DNA from: Octopus bimaculoides
Taxonomy: Eukaryota
Length of the DNA: 44,204 bases
Assembly (NCBI RefSeq): GCF_001194135.2
Contig: NC_068981.1
Coordinates: 12,305,682-12,349,885 of the forward strand
Direction of reading: 5' to 3'
Shown here: one piece after another, positions 1-12,005 of the stretch
Position numbering within the stretch: the stretch's first letter is position 1
Layout of the letters: the number at the start of each line of letters is the position of its first letter
The notes under the pieces: generated by a model
Seen by the model: only the letters and a program-made list of their open reading frames with translations
The model's database searches: none
Told to the model about the DNA's origin: nothing
Program-made: the position numbers and the translations under genes

Positions 1-37
<37 letters not shown>

Positions 38-251
38 GTGTGTATGTATCTGTATCCAGGTATTGGCATGCATAATTAATATTACTATATCTCATTTGAT
101 GAATATGTAGTGTTCGTAAATTTTAATTAACCAATCCAATGTAAATTTGTAAATTATTGTACTAAATGTTCTTACCCCTTTTTACACTGCCCTTATACCT
201 TCTTTACTCATTATTATATTCAAATTATTATTAATAATATTTACGTATACT

Positions 252-395
252 TGGTGAGCAGACAATATCATTAGCCCGAGAGACAAATACGCTATGCGGC
301 ATTTTGGCCGTCTTTACGTTCTGAGTTCAAATTGTGCCATGATCTAATTTGGTTACTATCTTTTGAGGATCTATTGAAGTAAGTAAACAGGAAAC
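252..395 (+). mobile_element. Degenerate tRNA-derived SINE fragment (family of 36296-36495)
   Basis: Contains gtctttacgttctgagttcaaatt, matching the B-box region of the minus-strand copy at 36296-36495. Confidence 0.6.
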
Positions 396-537
396 CCTGG
401 GCTCGATATCATTTACTAACACCCTGCAACTCACTTACAGGTATTGTTCCTGTAATTGGTATTAATCACGTGTATTAATAATTGTATCGGACGAGGCGTA
501 TATAAAATACAATTATCAACAATGTCCAGAAGTTCTC

Positions 538-1728
538 TTATTTCAAAATATTTTTCGTGGCACCGGAATGATTCATGCGTTCATTTAATATCTTCCACAG
601 TTTGTAAAAAATTTCGGTATAAGGTATATGGTAAAAAACTACCTTTCTTTTGATGTCCTTCCAAATCTCATCCAAGGAATCAATAATCATTATATGATAG
701 AGCGAATTATAATAGGTATGTTTTATACCTAATGCATTGACCAGCATACCAGTTACATAAACATCATCGACCCAAAAACGCGGAACTTTTAATGCAATTT
801 TGAGTAAACGGACGGGCATGTCAGGGCTCAAGATATAAGCAGACCCCGAGCAATAAACGTCATAGAGGTTATTAGAATATTCTTCACGTGAAACATACCA
901 CTTACTTCTTTTGTCTCTAACGATTGGCATTCCATCCCATGCATTACACAATATAAATTTTTCCCGAGCATACTTGTACTGTTGTAGATATCTCAAATGT
1001 TTTACCACTTGAAAAATATCGACTAATATATCATCATCTGTTTTCATTATATATGAGATATTGTGGCAGTTTGTTGCGATCCAGAGCAACGCTGCCATTG
1101 CTTTGGAATTTAAGTTTCGATATGTATCGATGAATTCACTCTGTAATATGTCATTGTAACGGATAGATTCTAATTTGACCTTATCCATTAGAAGACGGTT
1201 GTCGACTACACCCATCACGAATAATAATTTGATTTTCAATTTGCCCAACAGTTTTTTGTTGCCCCATGTTTGTCGTATTGCACTTCGTCGCTTAAAGTTC
1301 TTTGGTGCTGCATGAATATAAACAATCATAAAATCATCAGGGACACATATTAAAGAAGGTTTAATGATGTGACGTGAGTAATAAGGCAGTTCTTCTTATG
1401 ATGAACTGTCCGGAAGGGAATTTTGAACTTTCATCGTCTCATTTTGTTTTGACTGTAAACCACCATTGACTGTTAATGATAAACCATGCACTAATGAATG
1501 ATCAGTTTTGTTCTTATTTATATTTTCATCGATTGTGATATTCTTATCTATGGCATTATTACTCATTTTTCCCATTTCAAACTCCTGCCGATCCCGCCTC
1601 GAAAGCCATGGAACCTTAAATTCTTTCATCGTACAAGATGGGAGAAGAAGAACGTAAATTGAAGTGATGGTTAGGAAGAGGAGAAATATGCGGAATATTC
1701 TGGATCGGCGCGGGAATATTACTGCCAT
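538..1728 (-). CDS. GT31 / beta-1,3-galactosyltransferase-like gene, paralog A, interrupted by one in-frame TAA at 1396-1398 (recent pseudogene, null allele, assembly error or recoded; unresolved)
   Basis: ORFs 1396-1728 and 538-1329 share a frame, and the 66 nt between them are open (EELPYYSRHIIKPSLICVPDDF). Type II membrane layout: MAVIFPRR, hydrophobic TM, polar stem, then GT31 motifs RxAIRxTWG, FxDTYRNLxxK, KTDDD, YCSGxAY, WVDDVYVTG. Colinear with paralog B. Confidence 0.85.
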
Positions 1729-2217
1729 TGTTCATTATATATACAGCCTTTGTTTAGAAAGGTGCACTCAAATACCAATTTGATCAGTAATAAGAAAATG
1801 AAAAATTTATTAGCGAAACAAAAATCAAATTAATATTCGGGATTGTAGGTATAAATACATATATGCTTATATATTCACATATATATGCGTGCAGGCGTAT
1901 ATGCATCTATACATATAGGCATACATATATATTTTTTTGAAATTGGCGCAAGTTCGAAGTCGCTCCCAACCATATGTATATGTATATATGTACGTTTGTG
2001 TATGTGTGTGTACATGTGTGCATGCAGATATGTATGTATACGTATGTATGGTACAACTGACAGTTAATGTATTCCATTCAAAGAGAAATATATACTACAC
2101 TGCGTAAGAAATTCCATTTTTGTCTATTGAATTATATTAAACAGTTCGAGGTAATTCGCATTGGCATGCTCTTTCAGTTCCTGATGTTGTTTAGGCTTCA
2201 CTAAAAATAAATACACA

Positions 2218-3480
2218 TTGTATCGAGTACCCAAATTTCGAAACTGCGACGACCTGTGCTGCATTCATGTGAAATCCCTATTCCACATGTCAATTCTAGA
2301 TTTAGTTCAAGATGTTCCAGGGAATATTGTTATGCTCTCTGAAGAGTGTGACACTGATTTTGATCTGGGGGCGTATTTGAAAATCAAAATGACCGGCAAA
2401 ATGTTTAATCACGCAGTATTGAATGATCTTGTAAGGGATCAAAAGGGTGCGGAAATTTTAGCTTGAAAATTTAGAGAGTAAAATGTGCTTAATTCAAACA
2501 TATACATTACATTTTATAGAAAAAAGAGAACTTCATAAATAGTTTAGTACAGATGATAGTATATTGCTGCAAAGTACCTGGTTTGTTACTGGAGATGGGG
2601 TTTGAGTCATACGATGTAAATGATGGGCATCTGTTTTTAAAGGAAAATAATTCTCAACTATGTCTTACTGCAAAATGGCATTCTATACGGCTCGATTCCG
2701 ACTTGGTACTCAACAAATATAAAAGAAATTATTAACATATAGAAAAGCTTTTATATCTTATCAAATATAGGAAGGTCCACTGGATCGTATGTGTTCAATT
2801 AAAAATTGTTAATTTTCTGCTTGGACGACAAGCAGTGTATATTACATATCCCTATTTCCTTTGCTTATGGCACAGCGGGGCCAAGGAAGAATATTATTTC
2901 TAACAAATCTGAGCAACAAAAACATCACTTACTCTCGTAGAAAAAACAACGTAATTACTCCAGCTAGGCTCTATCGAACAATATGTAAAAGCTTTAGATA
3001 CGATCGTCAAGTGTTTCAAATGCATAACTTCAACATTTCCAAATTTAAATTATGAAAAAAACAAGTCGGGAATTTTCGACGGTCCACGAATAAAGGCATC
3101 AACGAAAGGTTGCGATTTTCCTAATGCCATGAATGGATGCGAACAAAATGCCTAGTTCTCATTCGTGGACTTGATAGAAAACTTTTAAGGGAAATTAAAG
3201 GGCAGATAACTACAAAGTAATCCTAAAAAAGAAAACACTTTCATTGGACTACAGACTGTTATGTTGCAATATGAGCGTAAATATGTATCTTTTGAATAGT
3301 GTTCTTGACCCATTTCCAAGTAATTTAAGCTCTTTAAATGACGACAACAGGAAAGATTCCAACAAGATATCGAAATTTTGGTGCAACGGTATAACGGATG
3401 CTGCGATTCCTCTACGATGTCTGATTACTATTTGATAAGAATATTTCATAAGATTGCTTGATAAGTGAGCTGCCATCAAC
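2218..3480 (+). mobile_element. Decayed DNA-transposon transposase, Chapaev3-like
   Basis: Frameshifted remnants: LNDLVRD..AEIL, VYC..VPGLL..MG, and nucleotides resembling CNMS...LD.FP.NL....ERFHQDI....RY.G....DY. Family name comes from recalled motifs and needs a Dfam/Repbase check. Confidence 0.6.
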
Positions 3481-3885
3481 AACCAAATGCGTTAGAAAGT
3501 CTTATGAACGAAAATTTTTACCGGACTAAAAACTGGTTGGTGACACATTTTCCCACTTTGTATGGATATTTTATCCTGTTTTTGCTGTTCTATCAGCTTT
3601 TGTGCGTTTGAAATATATTATCTTATTTTCATCTCACAATAAACATTTCAGCGCTTCTAAGGCAAACAGTTCTCTAATGTCGCTATTTATGAGATCAGTC
3701 ACCCTATGTGAATTTGAAAAGTATATATCTCTAACAAGAATTTAGTTGCGCCATTTCTATCGAAGCTGTTATTCTGTTCTCATGAAATGAAATATCCCAA
3801 GACACATCGGTACACAGATATCACTGTGGTGACACTAAACTCCCTTGTTCGAAAATATAAGGACGCAGATAGTGCATCGACAGCC

Positions 3886-3958
3886 AGGTTATAACAGTAC
3901 GTACGTTTCGTACAAGCTCCATTGGAGCTTGTACGAAACGTACGTACTGCTATAACCT
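3886..3958. repeat. 73-bp near-perfect palindrome (36-bp arms, 1-nt centre, 1 mismatch)
   Basis: aggttataacagtacgtacgtttcgtacaagctcca-t-tggagcttgtacgaaacgtacgtactgctataacct. Confidence 0.97.
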
Positions 3959-4505
3959 ATTGAAGTTTTGTCGTTTATCTTCAAATTTTATTCACCAAAT
4001 CTCTTGATTTTGTTTTTGGTATTTATCCTACCAAATTCTGGTGCCTCAAACATTTTAAGTACCACATTTAATGTTTTGATTAAATCTCTCTCTCTCTCTC
4101 TCTGTATATATATATATATATTTCTGGTTCTGAAAGGTCTTGCGTTCGAGTACTTTACTTCTATCATAATTTAGTCGTTTGTTCATGGTTAACCTATTAA
4201 CGGTCTTTATATCATTTTTTTGTTGGTCGAACCTATTCATTCCAAAAATGAATTCCGGAAGAAAAACCTAATTTATATTTCAAAAGGATTATTTTTTCGT
4301 TTTGTTTTGGAATTAATTAGGCCTCGAAGCAATTTGCAGAATCTTTATAGGATTAATACCAGCTTTGGATTAAAAGATCGTCTACACCAATATGTTTTCC
4401 TTTCCTTAAACTTTATTTATCGATTACACAAATTCTGAATATAGAACCGGCGGACATGGATGTTTAACATCCCTTTGAAGGATATTGGTCCTTAATTATT
4501 TTATA

Positions 4506-5815
4506 TAGGAGGTACCCAAAAGTAGCCAGGTAATTTCTCAGTGGCACAAACTATTTGTGGTTCAGGCTTCCACCGCTAGAATTCACTAGTTGAAACCCCC
4601 AGGCATCAGTCGGCCGATCGGCGTCATCTCCTCTAGTCGTGCAGCTACCGGGTGTTTCTTTGTTTTGCAATGCTTCTCCTCGTTCTTCAATTTTTGCGAT
4701 GTGGGAATCAAAGAAACAGCGTGCTTCCGTGAACTTCTGTATTCTGATGTGGAAAACGACGGCTAAAACAGTTGTCATGTTTCACACAGCTTACATCAAC
4801 GCTACCATGAGCAAAACACAAGTGTACGAGTGGTTTTCACGCATTAGGAATATCAACTGTCGCTTGAAACTAACCTAGTTCAGGGCCACTGACGACAATC
4901 GGACAAATAAAAATATTAGGAAAATTCAAGAATTGATATTGGAAGGGGGTCACCGAAAAATTAATGAATTTTGTGATATGAGTGCTCTGTCCTGGATATC
5001 TTGCGAACGGATTTTGTGCGAAGAGTTGCGATTGAAAAGCCTTGCAGCAAGATTTGTGCCTCGATTGTTCAAGGAAGATGAAAAAGCAGTCACGACTGAA
5101 TGCGTGTTGAACTGAAGGAATTGTTGGAAGATGATCCGAACCCTATTTCGAAGGCCTTCACTCGCGCCGTAAACTGGTACTACGGTTACAAACAGGAAAC
5201 GAAGAAGCAATCCAGTCACTGGAAGCATTCAATGTCACTACGCCCCAGAAAAAGTGTGTCTTGTGAAGTCCAGTGCCAAGACGATACTGAATTGTTTCAT
5301 GGATGCGAAAGGAACTGTCCACACAGAATTCGTTTATCCTGGTCAGACTGTTAATTAGTTATTCTAATTGGCAGTTCTGAAACATTTGGAACACAAACTG
5401 AGTCGAAAACGCTGCGACTTGTGGCAAAGTGGAGAGTTTGGTTTCATCACGACAATGCCTCTCTGCACAGTGCCTTGAGTGTGATATAGATTTTGACCAA
5501 GACTAGCATGACCCGGCTTTCCCACCCTCATTATTCTCCCGATCCTGCTCCCTTGGGATTTTTTTTGTTACCCCGAATGAAAATCTTTAAAGGAAAACTT
5601 TTTGCAGATGCCGAAACGATGAAGAAATAACCGAGAGGGGTTAAAAGCATCATTTTATAAGTGTACCACGACTGCTTCCAAAAGTGTAAAACGCCTCTGG
5701 ACCGATGCATTGCTTCAGATGGAGAATAGTCTGAAGGTGTTAATAGTATGAACATGCAAATCTTAGTGAATAAACCAATATTTCAAAATTCCGGTTTCTT
5801 TTCGGTACCCTGTCG
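4506..5815 (+). mobile_element. Decayed Tc1/mariner element
   Basis: HTH remnant QRASVNFC...MSKTQVYEWFSR, ARFVPRL (WVPxxL motif), YGY.QETKKQSSHW, HHDNA, PDPAP.GFFL. Degenerate terminal repeats ggtacccaaaagtagcc (~4511) and ccggtttcttttcggtacc (~5791). Confidence 0.85.
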
Positions 5816-5821
5816 TGTGTG

Positions 5822-5854
<33 letters not shown>

Positions 5855-6912
5855 NNNNNNNNNNNNNNNNNNNNNNNNNNNNNNNNNNNNNNNNNNNNNN
5901 NNNNNNNNNNNNNNNNNNNNNNNNNNNNNNNNNNNNNNNNNNNNNNNNNNNNNNNNNNNNNNNNNNNNNNNNNNNNNNNNNNNNNNNNNNNNNNNNNNNN
6001 NNNNNNNNNNNNNNNNNNNNNNNNNNNNNNNNNNNNNNNNNNNNNNNNNNNNNNNNNNNNNNNNNNNNNNNNNNNNNNNNNNNNNNNNNNNNNNNNNNNN
6101 NNNNNNNNNNNNNNNNNNNNNNNNNNNNNNNNNNNNNNNNNNNNNNNNNNNNNNNNNNNNNNNNNNNNNNNNNNNNNNNNNNNNNNNNNNNNNNNNNNNN
6201 NNNNNNNNNNNNNNNNNNNNNNNNNNNNNNNNNNNNNNNNNNNNNNNNNNNNNNNNNNNNNNNNNNNNNNNNNNNNNNNNNNNNNNNNNNNNNNNNNNNN
6301 NNNNNNNNNNNNNNNNNNNNNNNNNNNNNNNNNNNNNNNNNNNNNNNNNNNNNNNNNNNNNNNNNNNNNNNNNNNNNNNNNNNNNNNNNNNNNNNNNNNN
6401 NNNNNNNNNNNNNNNNNNNNNNNNNNNNNNNNNNNNNNNNNNNNNNNNNNNNNNNNNNNNNNNNNNNNNNNNNNNNNNNNNNNNNNNNNNNNNNNNNNNN
6501 NNNNNNNNNNNNNNNNNNNNNNNNNNNNNNNNNNNNNNNNNNNNNNNNNNTCCTTATGTACTTTGTACTTCTATATGTAAACCATGTTGGCAAAATAACA
6601 TAGTCTGCCATGGACACCTGTGCTTTGGTTCTTTCTTTCTTTTTCTTTTCTTCCTTTCTTTTGTCACTTTTGCTATGAATTAAATTAATGAATTCAACGG
6701 GATACACCGTCTGCAAGTAGTTGGGTTCAGCATATTATCCTCCATTTTCTAATTGTTACACAAATTTTGGGTAAAACCTCCACTTTTACCCGCTCCCATT
6801 GATTGCACCTAGTATAGCACTAGTGTAGCAATAATTGGGCACCCTCCCAGCAGTATACTGGATAGATACTATCCCTTAGTGGGTTGTACACCCAACCCCT
6901 AACTCTCTCACG

Positions 6913-6945
<33 letters not shown>

Positions 6946-6959
6946 AATAATAAATACTT

Positions 6960-7090
6960 CAATGAATAAATACTGTCATGAGAACTCATATGACTAACCA
7001 GACCTGCTCTTGTCAAACAACTTCTATTGCAGAACTTAAAAACATTTTTAAGCAGAAAAGTGCCTGGGATTGGAATGAAATCCTGTCTAC
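6960..7090 (-). mobile_element. RTE-clade LINE 3' end (C-terminal zinc finger)
   Basis: Minus frame FCNRSCLTRAGLVSHMSSH resembles the RTE C-terminal C2H2-like motif. Confidence 0.65.
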
Positions 7091-7094
7091 GAAG

Positions 7095-7665
7095 TGCTCG
7101 TGTCACGAGAGATTGTTCAATTCTTTGGGCTTCAAATTTTTAAAATCTATTGTAGATCATTTGTTTCCAAACCGATGGATGTTGCCTCATCTGCTCCCAG
7201 TTTCCAACTTTCACCTATATTGGATCTGTTCTCTAGAGCTTGTATTACTTTTGGATTTATCATCAGCCTAAAGAAAACAAAGATCATGTTTTCCCAGCCT
7301 TCAGGCCAATCCTATGTGGAACCGAACATTTTCGTCCATGATACAAGATTAGTTGTGGTTGACTCGTTCCTCTAACATGGCAACATTCTCTCTAGAGATG
7401 GATCCCTTGATTCTCAAATGAATCCCCAAATTGAAAAAGCCAGCAAAGCATTGGTGAGGTGGGGTGGGGGCATTAAAACCGTGTTTTGCCTGATAGATGT
7501 ATTACCTTCAAAACCAAGCTTAGTATCTATGACTCTTGCATTTTAAATGACCTCCTGTACGTTTCAGAGACCTGGATGACATATTGGAGTCACATCATGG
7601 CTTTAGAAATTATCCTTCAGTTTTGACTAAGGAGGAAACAAGACATCAAATGGAAGTCTTTAACG
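7095..7665 (+). mobile_element. RTE-clade LINE RT C-terminal fragment
   Basis: RLFN, LDLFSRACITFGFIISLKKTKIMF..P, VVDSF, LSRDGSLD, KASKA, FKTKLSIY, ETWMTY. Confidence 0.8.
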
Positions 7666-7688
7666 CCAGACACCGTTGTTATTTATAC

Positions 7689-7720
<32 letters not shown>

Positions 7721-7739
7721 TCACTCACACACATATGTG

Positions 7740-7789
<50 letters not shown>

Positions 7790-8599
7790 CAATAAGGCAC
7801 TCAGTTGTAAATGATTTAGGTTAACTATATCCAATAATCAGACAGAAATCTATGCAATTACAATACACATGTATGAGATTCCTCATGCATGAGTATTAGA
7901 CCCAACCGTGATCTAGAAGGACGTCGGGAAATTTAGAGTTTTAGACAACAACAATATGTATAGATACAATCACATCTTTAATTGTAGAATTCTTCTTACA
8001 AACCGACAATTGGTTCTGTGTTATTAACATATTTAGATATAGAAAATATTAAAATTAATATTTCCGAATATAATTGTCAATCCAACATTTTCAGAGCGAT
8101 GCAAATTTAGTTAAATCCAAAGTGAACCAGTACACGAACACATTCAAAATGAACGCTAGGAACAAATTTAATCTAGGAAAAACTAGTTTTGTAATCAACT
8201 TTTGGTGACGTCAGTGGATAAGGAAGAAGGAAAATTAAACATAAAAATTCTAAATTACGACATTTAGAAAAATAGAGATTTTACGTTGCAACAATTAGTT
8301 ATCTGTTTATTAAAACATAGTAAATCTAGAAAATATATGCGAATTACATATCGTATGGAAAACAATTATAATAAAAGACAAAATATTTTAATGCCTTCCG
8401 AAATTTCTGACATTGAAAATATCCCGTTAAAATAATGAAATATTTAGAAATAATTATATAATAAATTGCTTCAAAATAAAGATCACATGTAGAAGTGCCA
8501 ATATTGTACGATGGTGCGTAACTAATAATGGACCACTTTAAATCATATTCAATGTTCCCCTTTAGAAGTCCTGTTTAGGATGGCACTAATTTCCTCCTA

Positions 8600-10067
8600 T
8601 GGTGGGAGGGGATCAAGAAACTGCGACCTAAAAATTGCCCTCTCGCATTGCTCCTTGTCATTAGCTGCAAGTGACTGGCAGTAAACATCTGCTCTAGGAA
8701 ATTAGGGAATAGAAAACAAAAACAAAAACAAAACACATTTATGAGAGAACTCTTCAAGACAACTTGGTTGCCCGTGTCTTGAAGAAGAACAAAACACTTT
8801 GGATTAACGGGTCTTTCAGAAACCAATTAGCGAACTACGGTTAATCACAGTAAGTTGATGGTAGTTACACTTTTTTTCAGGACGTGTAAACCTCAGGAAG
8901 TAAAGAAAGAAGCAAATGTTGCGTTTGCTATTGAAAACGATCTCGAGAAACAACTTCAATCGCTGCCTTTTGGCATTAGTGAAAGATTCATGCCAATGCG
9001 TAACTGCATTGGCAAAAGTAAATATTCAAGTATTTTCAACCATAAACGCAAATGAAATAGTCAAAAAGCTGTTCTAGTCAGATCTACTTAGCCAGTTGAG
9101 AGGTAACTCCATCCATGTTAAATTGTTTTCCTTGGTGAATTAATTATACGTGTAGGCTGTGATATATCCATATAAGGTGAAATAATAGGGAAGCATAGGG
9201 TTGGCAAGTGTAACTCAAATGGTCATTTGCTACAGTCGCTTTGCAATGAGTGTGGATTTTCGATTACCATTACTATTCTTCAACTGCCCAACCACTGCAA
9301 AATATTATCATCTCATTGATTATATGTTGTGAGGTCTTCCATGGTAGAAGATGTCCAAGTAGCACATTCTTTCTCCATTCGGTAGTGTTTGTCTGAATGT
9401 AGACTGCTACAATCAAAGGTGAATTTTGCTATCAGCTGTCTTATTCGTAACAATCGCATACAACTAGCTTGAAAAGTGGATGTGACAAAGTTGAAGAACG
9501 ATGAAAATTGAACTTAATTTCAAACAACCTGTAACAAGAAATTTTCTGGCATCTCACATAACACGGATATGTGGTCTGCTTTTACAAATGTTTTATTTCA
9601 GTTGTCTTGTGAAACACTCGGGTATGTTAAACGGAAACACGAAGATTTGTTCGACTCAAATGATTGAAACATCTCTCCTCTGTTGGACAATATGGACAAG
9701 TGCCACTGTCAATGGATGTCAAATGAAAATAATGCCACAAAACGCAATGAGTTTGAAAAAGCCAGAAACACTTTGCTAATCTCAGCTGTGGCAAATGAAC
9801 AAGCTATAGTAGCAAAAGAAGGCACAAGAGTTGCTGGAAGCTGCGGAAAGATGTGACGCCAGATCATTTTGTCAGATTTTAAAGGGAGTTCTTGGACCTG
9901 TGTCTGGTGGTTCAACTCACATGCTTTCAATTGAGAGTAATCTTCTGACAGATAAAAAGGAGATCACGATGCGTTTGGCAGAGCATGTTTCAAATGTTCT
10001 GAATATGGACCAAACAGCTCGCGAATGGATAGTCATCTGGGAATGATGACATACTAGCCGAAATATA
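8600..10067 (+). mobile_element. RTE-clade LINE 5' part (endonuclease and linker), decayed
   Basis: Remnants FF...KP..VK.ANVAFAI...LPFGISER, GKCNSNGHLL, AERCDARSFCQILKGVLGP...LLTDKKEI..RLAEH. Confidence 0.75.
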
Positions 10068-10069
10068 TA

Positions 10070-11330
10070 TCTGGTCATCCCATAAGTTCTTTGGATTTTA
10101 CCATTTTAAAATTGAATGAAATTTAATAGTATTTTAGAATGTCTAAGGGAATTGAAAATTATTTTTATGCATTTGTGTACATTTAAACTGATTAAATATT
10201 ATTTTCCAGAATAATAGAATTAAAGTTTCTTTGATTAAATCCCTTTCTAACATGGAAGTATCCAAAGAGCATTTAAAGCACATAATGCTTTATGAGTACA
10301 AAAAATGAAACTCTGCAGCCGAAAAGACTCGAAACATACACTCGGTTTATGGTAAACGAATGCTTCAATGAAAGAACTTGCAGAAGATGAATTGCAAAAT
10401 TCATAAGTAGAGACTTCATCGTTGAAGATGAAGATCGAACAGAACAAGACGTCCAGTAGAGTTTGATGATAAGCCCTTTGAGGAATTATTTGAAAGAAAT
10501 CCTGCATTATCAGTTGAAGAATTGACAATAAAGCTTAATTCAAACCATACAACCTGTTTATCGTCATCGTCAACACCTTGGAAAGGTTCCTAAACTTGGA
10601 AAACGGGTGCCTCATGAATTGTCCGAAAGCAACCACAGATCCCGAGTTGGCATCTGTTCTTCTCTCCATTCTCGCGAACACATTTCACTCTTTTTGGATA
10701 GACTTGTAACTGGTGACGAAAAATGGAGCTTCTATCGACATTTTAAAACGTCGTAAACAGTTGCTTGATAAAAGGCAAAAACTCAACCACATTTAAGAAG
10801 GGAACTTCATGGGAAAAAAGGTTCTTCTTTCCATCTGCTGGAATTGCAAAGGAGTAATTCACTTTGAATTGTTACCATCTAATGCAAGAATCAATGCTCA
10901 AGTCTACTGTCAGCAATTAGAGCTTTCGAACNNNNNNNNNNNNNNNNNNNNNNNNNNNNNNNNNNNNNNNNNNNNNNNNNNNNNGAGCACATTACAGAAG
11001 GTCGAAGAGCTTGATTGGGAAAAAAATCCTCATTCACTTTATTCTCCCGACCGTGCTCCTTCAGACTACAATTTGTTTCGTAGATTACATAATCATTTAG
11101 GGGACATAACTTTCGCAAGCCAGGAGGAGGTCGAAACTGACATTTCAGAGTTGTTCGCTTTGAAACCAAAAGAGTTTTATATTGATGGGATTAAAAAACT
11201 TTTAAATAGGTGGAAGGAAGTCATAGATAATCAGGGAAAGTACATTGATGATTAAATTTCAATTAAATATAACATTTTATCACTTGTTTTCTTTATTCAA
11301 AATTTGGACAGAACTTATGGGATGACCTGA
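10070..11330 (+). mobile_element. Full-length but dead mariner (Mos1/Hsmar1-like) with TIRs and TA duplication
   Basis: TIRs tctggtcatcccataagttct and agaacttatgggatgacctga (1 mismatch); TA at 10068-10069 and 11331-11332. Remnants MEVSKEHLKHIMLYEY, RVPHEL, VTGDEKW, KKVLLSICWNCKGVIHFELLP, YSPDRAPSDY. Stops, frameshifts and an N-gap are inside. Confidence 0.93.
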
Positions 11331-11332
11331 TA

Positions 11333-12005
11333 GATGTGATTGCAGTCTCCTACTGAAGAATTGATACGAATCCTTAATCATGGAATCAGGATCAGTCAAA
11401 CATGAGTTTCAAGACCCTTCTATTGTCCATTTTTATAAGCGCAAAGGCAACAATTATGAATGTGACAACTATAGAGATATCGTATTTTTGTTCGTTCCTG
11501 GGAAGATCATTGGAATTATTATTCAAAACCGACTAAATGGTGTCCTTGCCAGCTTAGTGTTACCTGAATCTCAGTCTGATTTTCGGGAAGGAAGAGGTTC
11601 AGTGGATATGATTTTTGGCCTAAGGAAGCTGCTTGAAAAGGCCAGTGAGCAGAACCGAGACTTCTATGAGTTCCGGAAAAGATGCTCAAAGTCAACACTT
11701 CATTCCATAAAGTGATGAAGGCTTCTGTTAGATCTAACGGAGAAGGGTCGTAAACATTCACAGTCTCAAATAGGACAAAACATAATTGTGTTCTTGTACC
11801 GCTGTCATTTGTTTTGGGTTTCTGCGTCATGTTGGAAACAGCGTTCGATTAAGTTGAAGGTGTAAAGTTTGAGTACAGAAGCGGTGGTGGCTTGTTCAAC
11901 CAATAGCGCTTCAAAGTAAAAACTATGGTTTTGGTGCAAACAGTTCGAGATTTGCTCGAGTGTACATTCGTAGCACACAATCTGCGGGTCACGATCCCAG
12001 TTAGT
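11333..12005 (+). mobile_element. Continuation of the RTE LINE (RT domain)
   Basis: YKRKGN..ECDNYRDI...PGKI...RLNG...LPESQSDFREGRGSVDMIF.LRKLLEK..EQ, then RSGGGLFN near 11880. Confidence 0.85.

Noticed and set aside
1395-1463. Cryptic 66- or 69-nt GT-AG intron removing the TAA in paralog A
   Set aside because: Frame-preserving pairs exist, but the donors (GTTTAC, GTGGTT) are weak and the segment aligns with coding sequence in paralog B.
4430-4495. Hairpin ggatgt-tta-acatcc after ctgaat as another hammerhead
   Set aside because: No GAAA-NUH half on either strand.
5748-6716. Long ORFs here and at 15752-16125, 19416-20208 and 33771-34193
   Set aside because: They consist of N runs and microsatellite translations.
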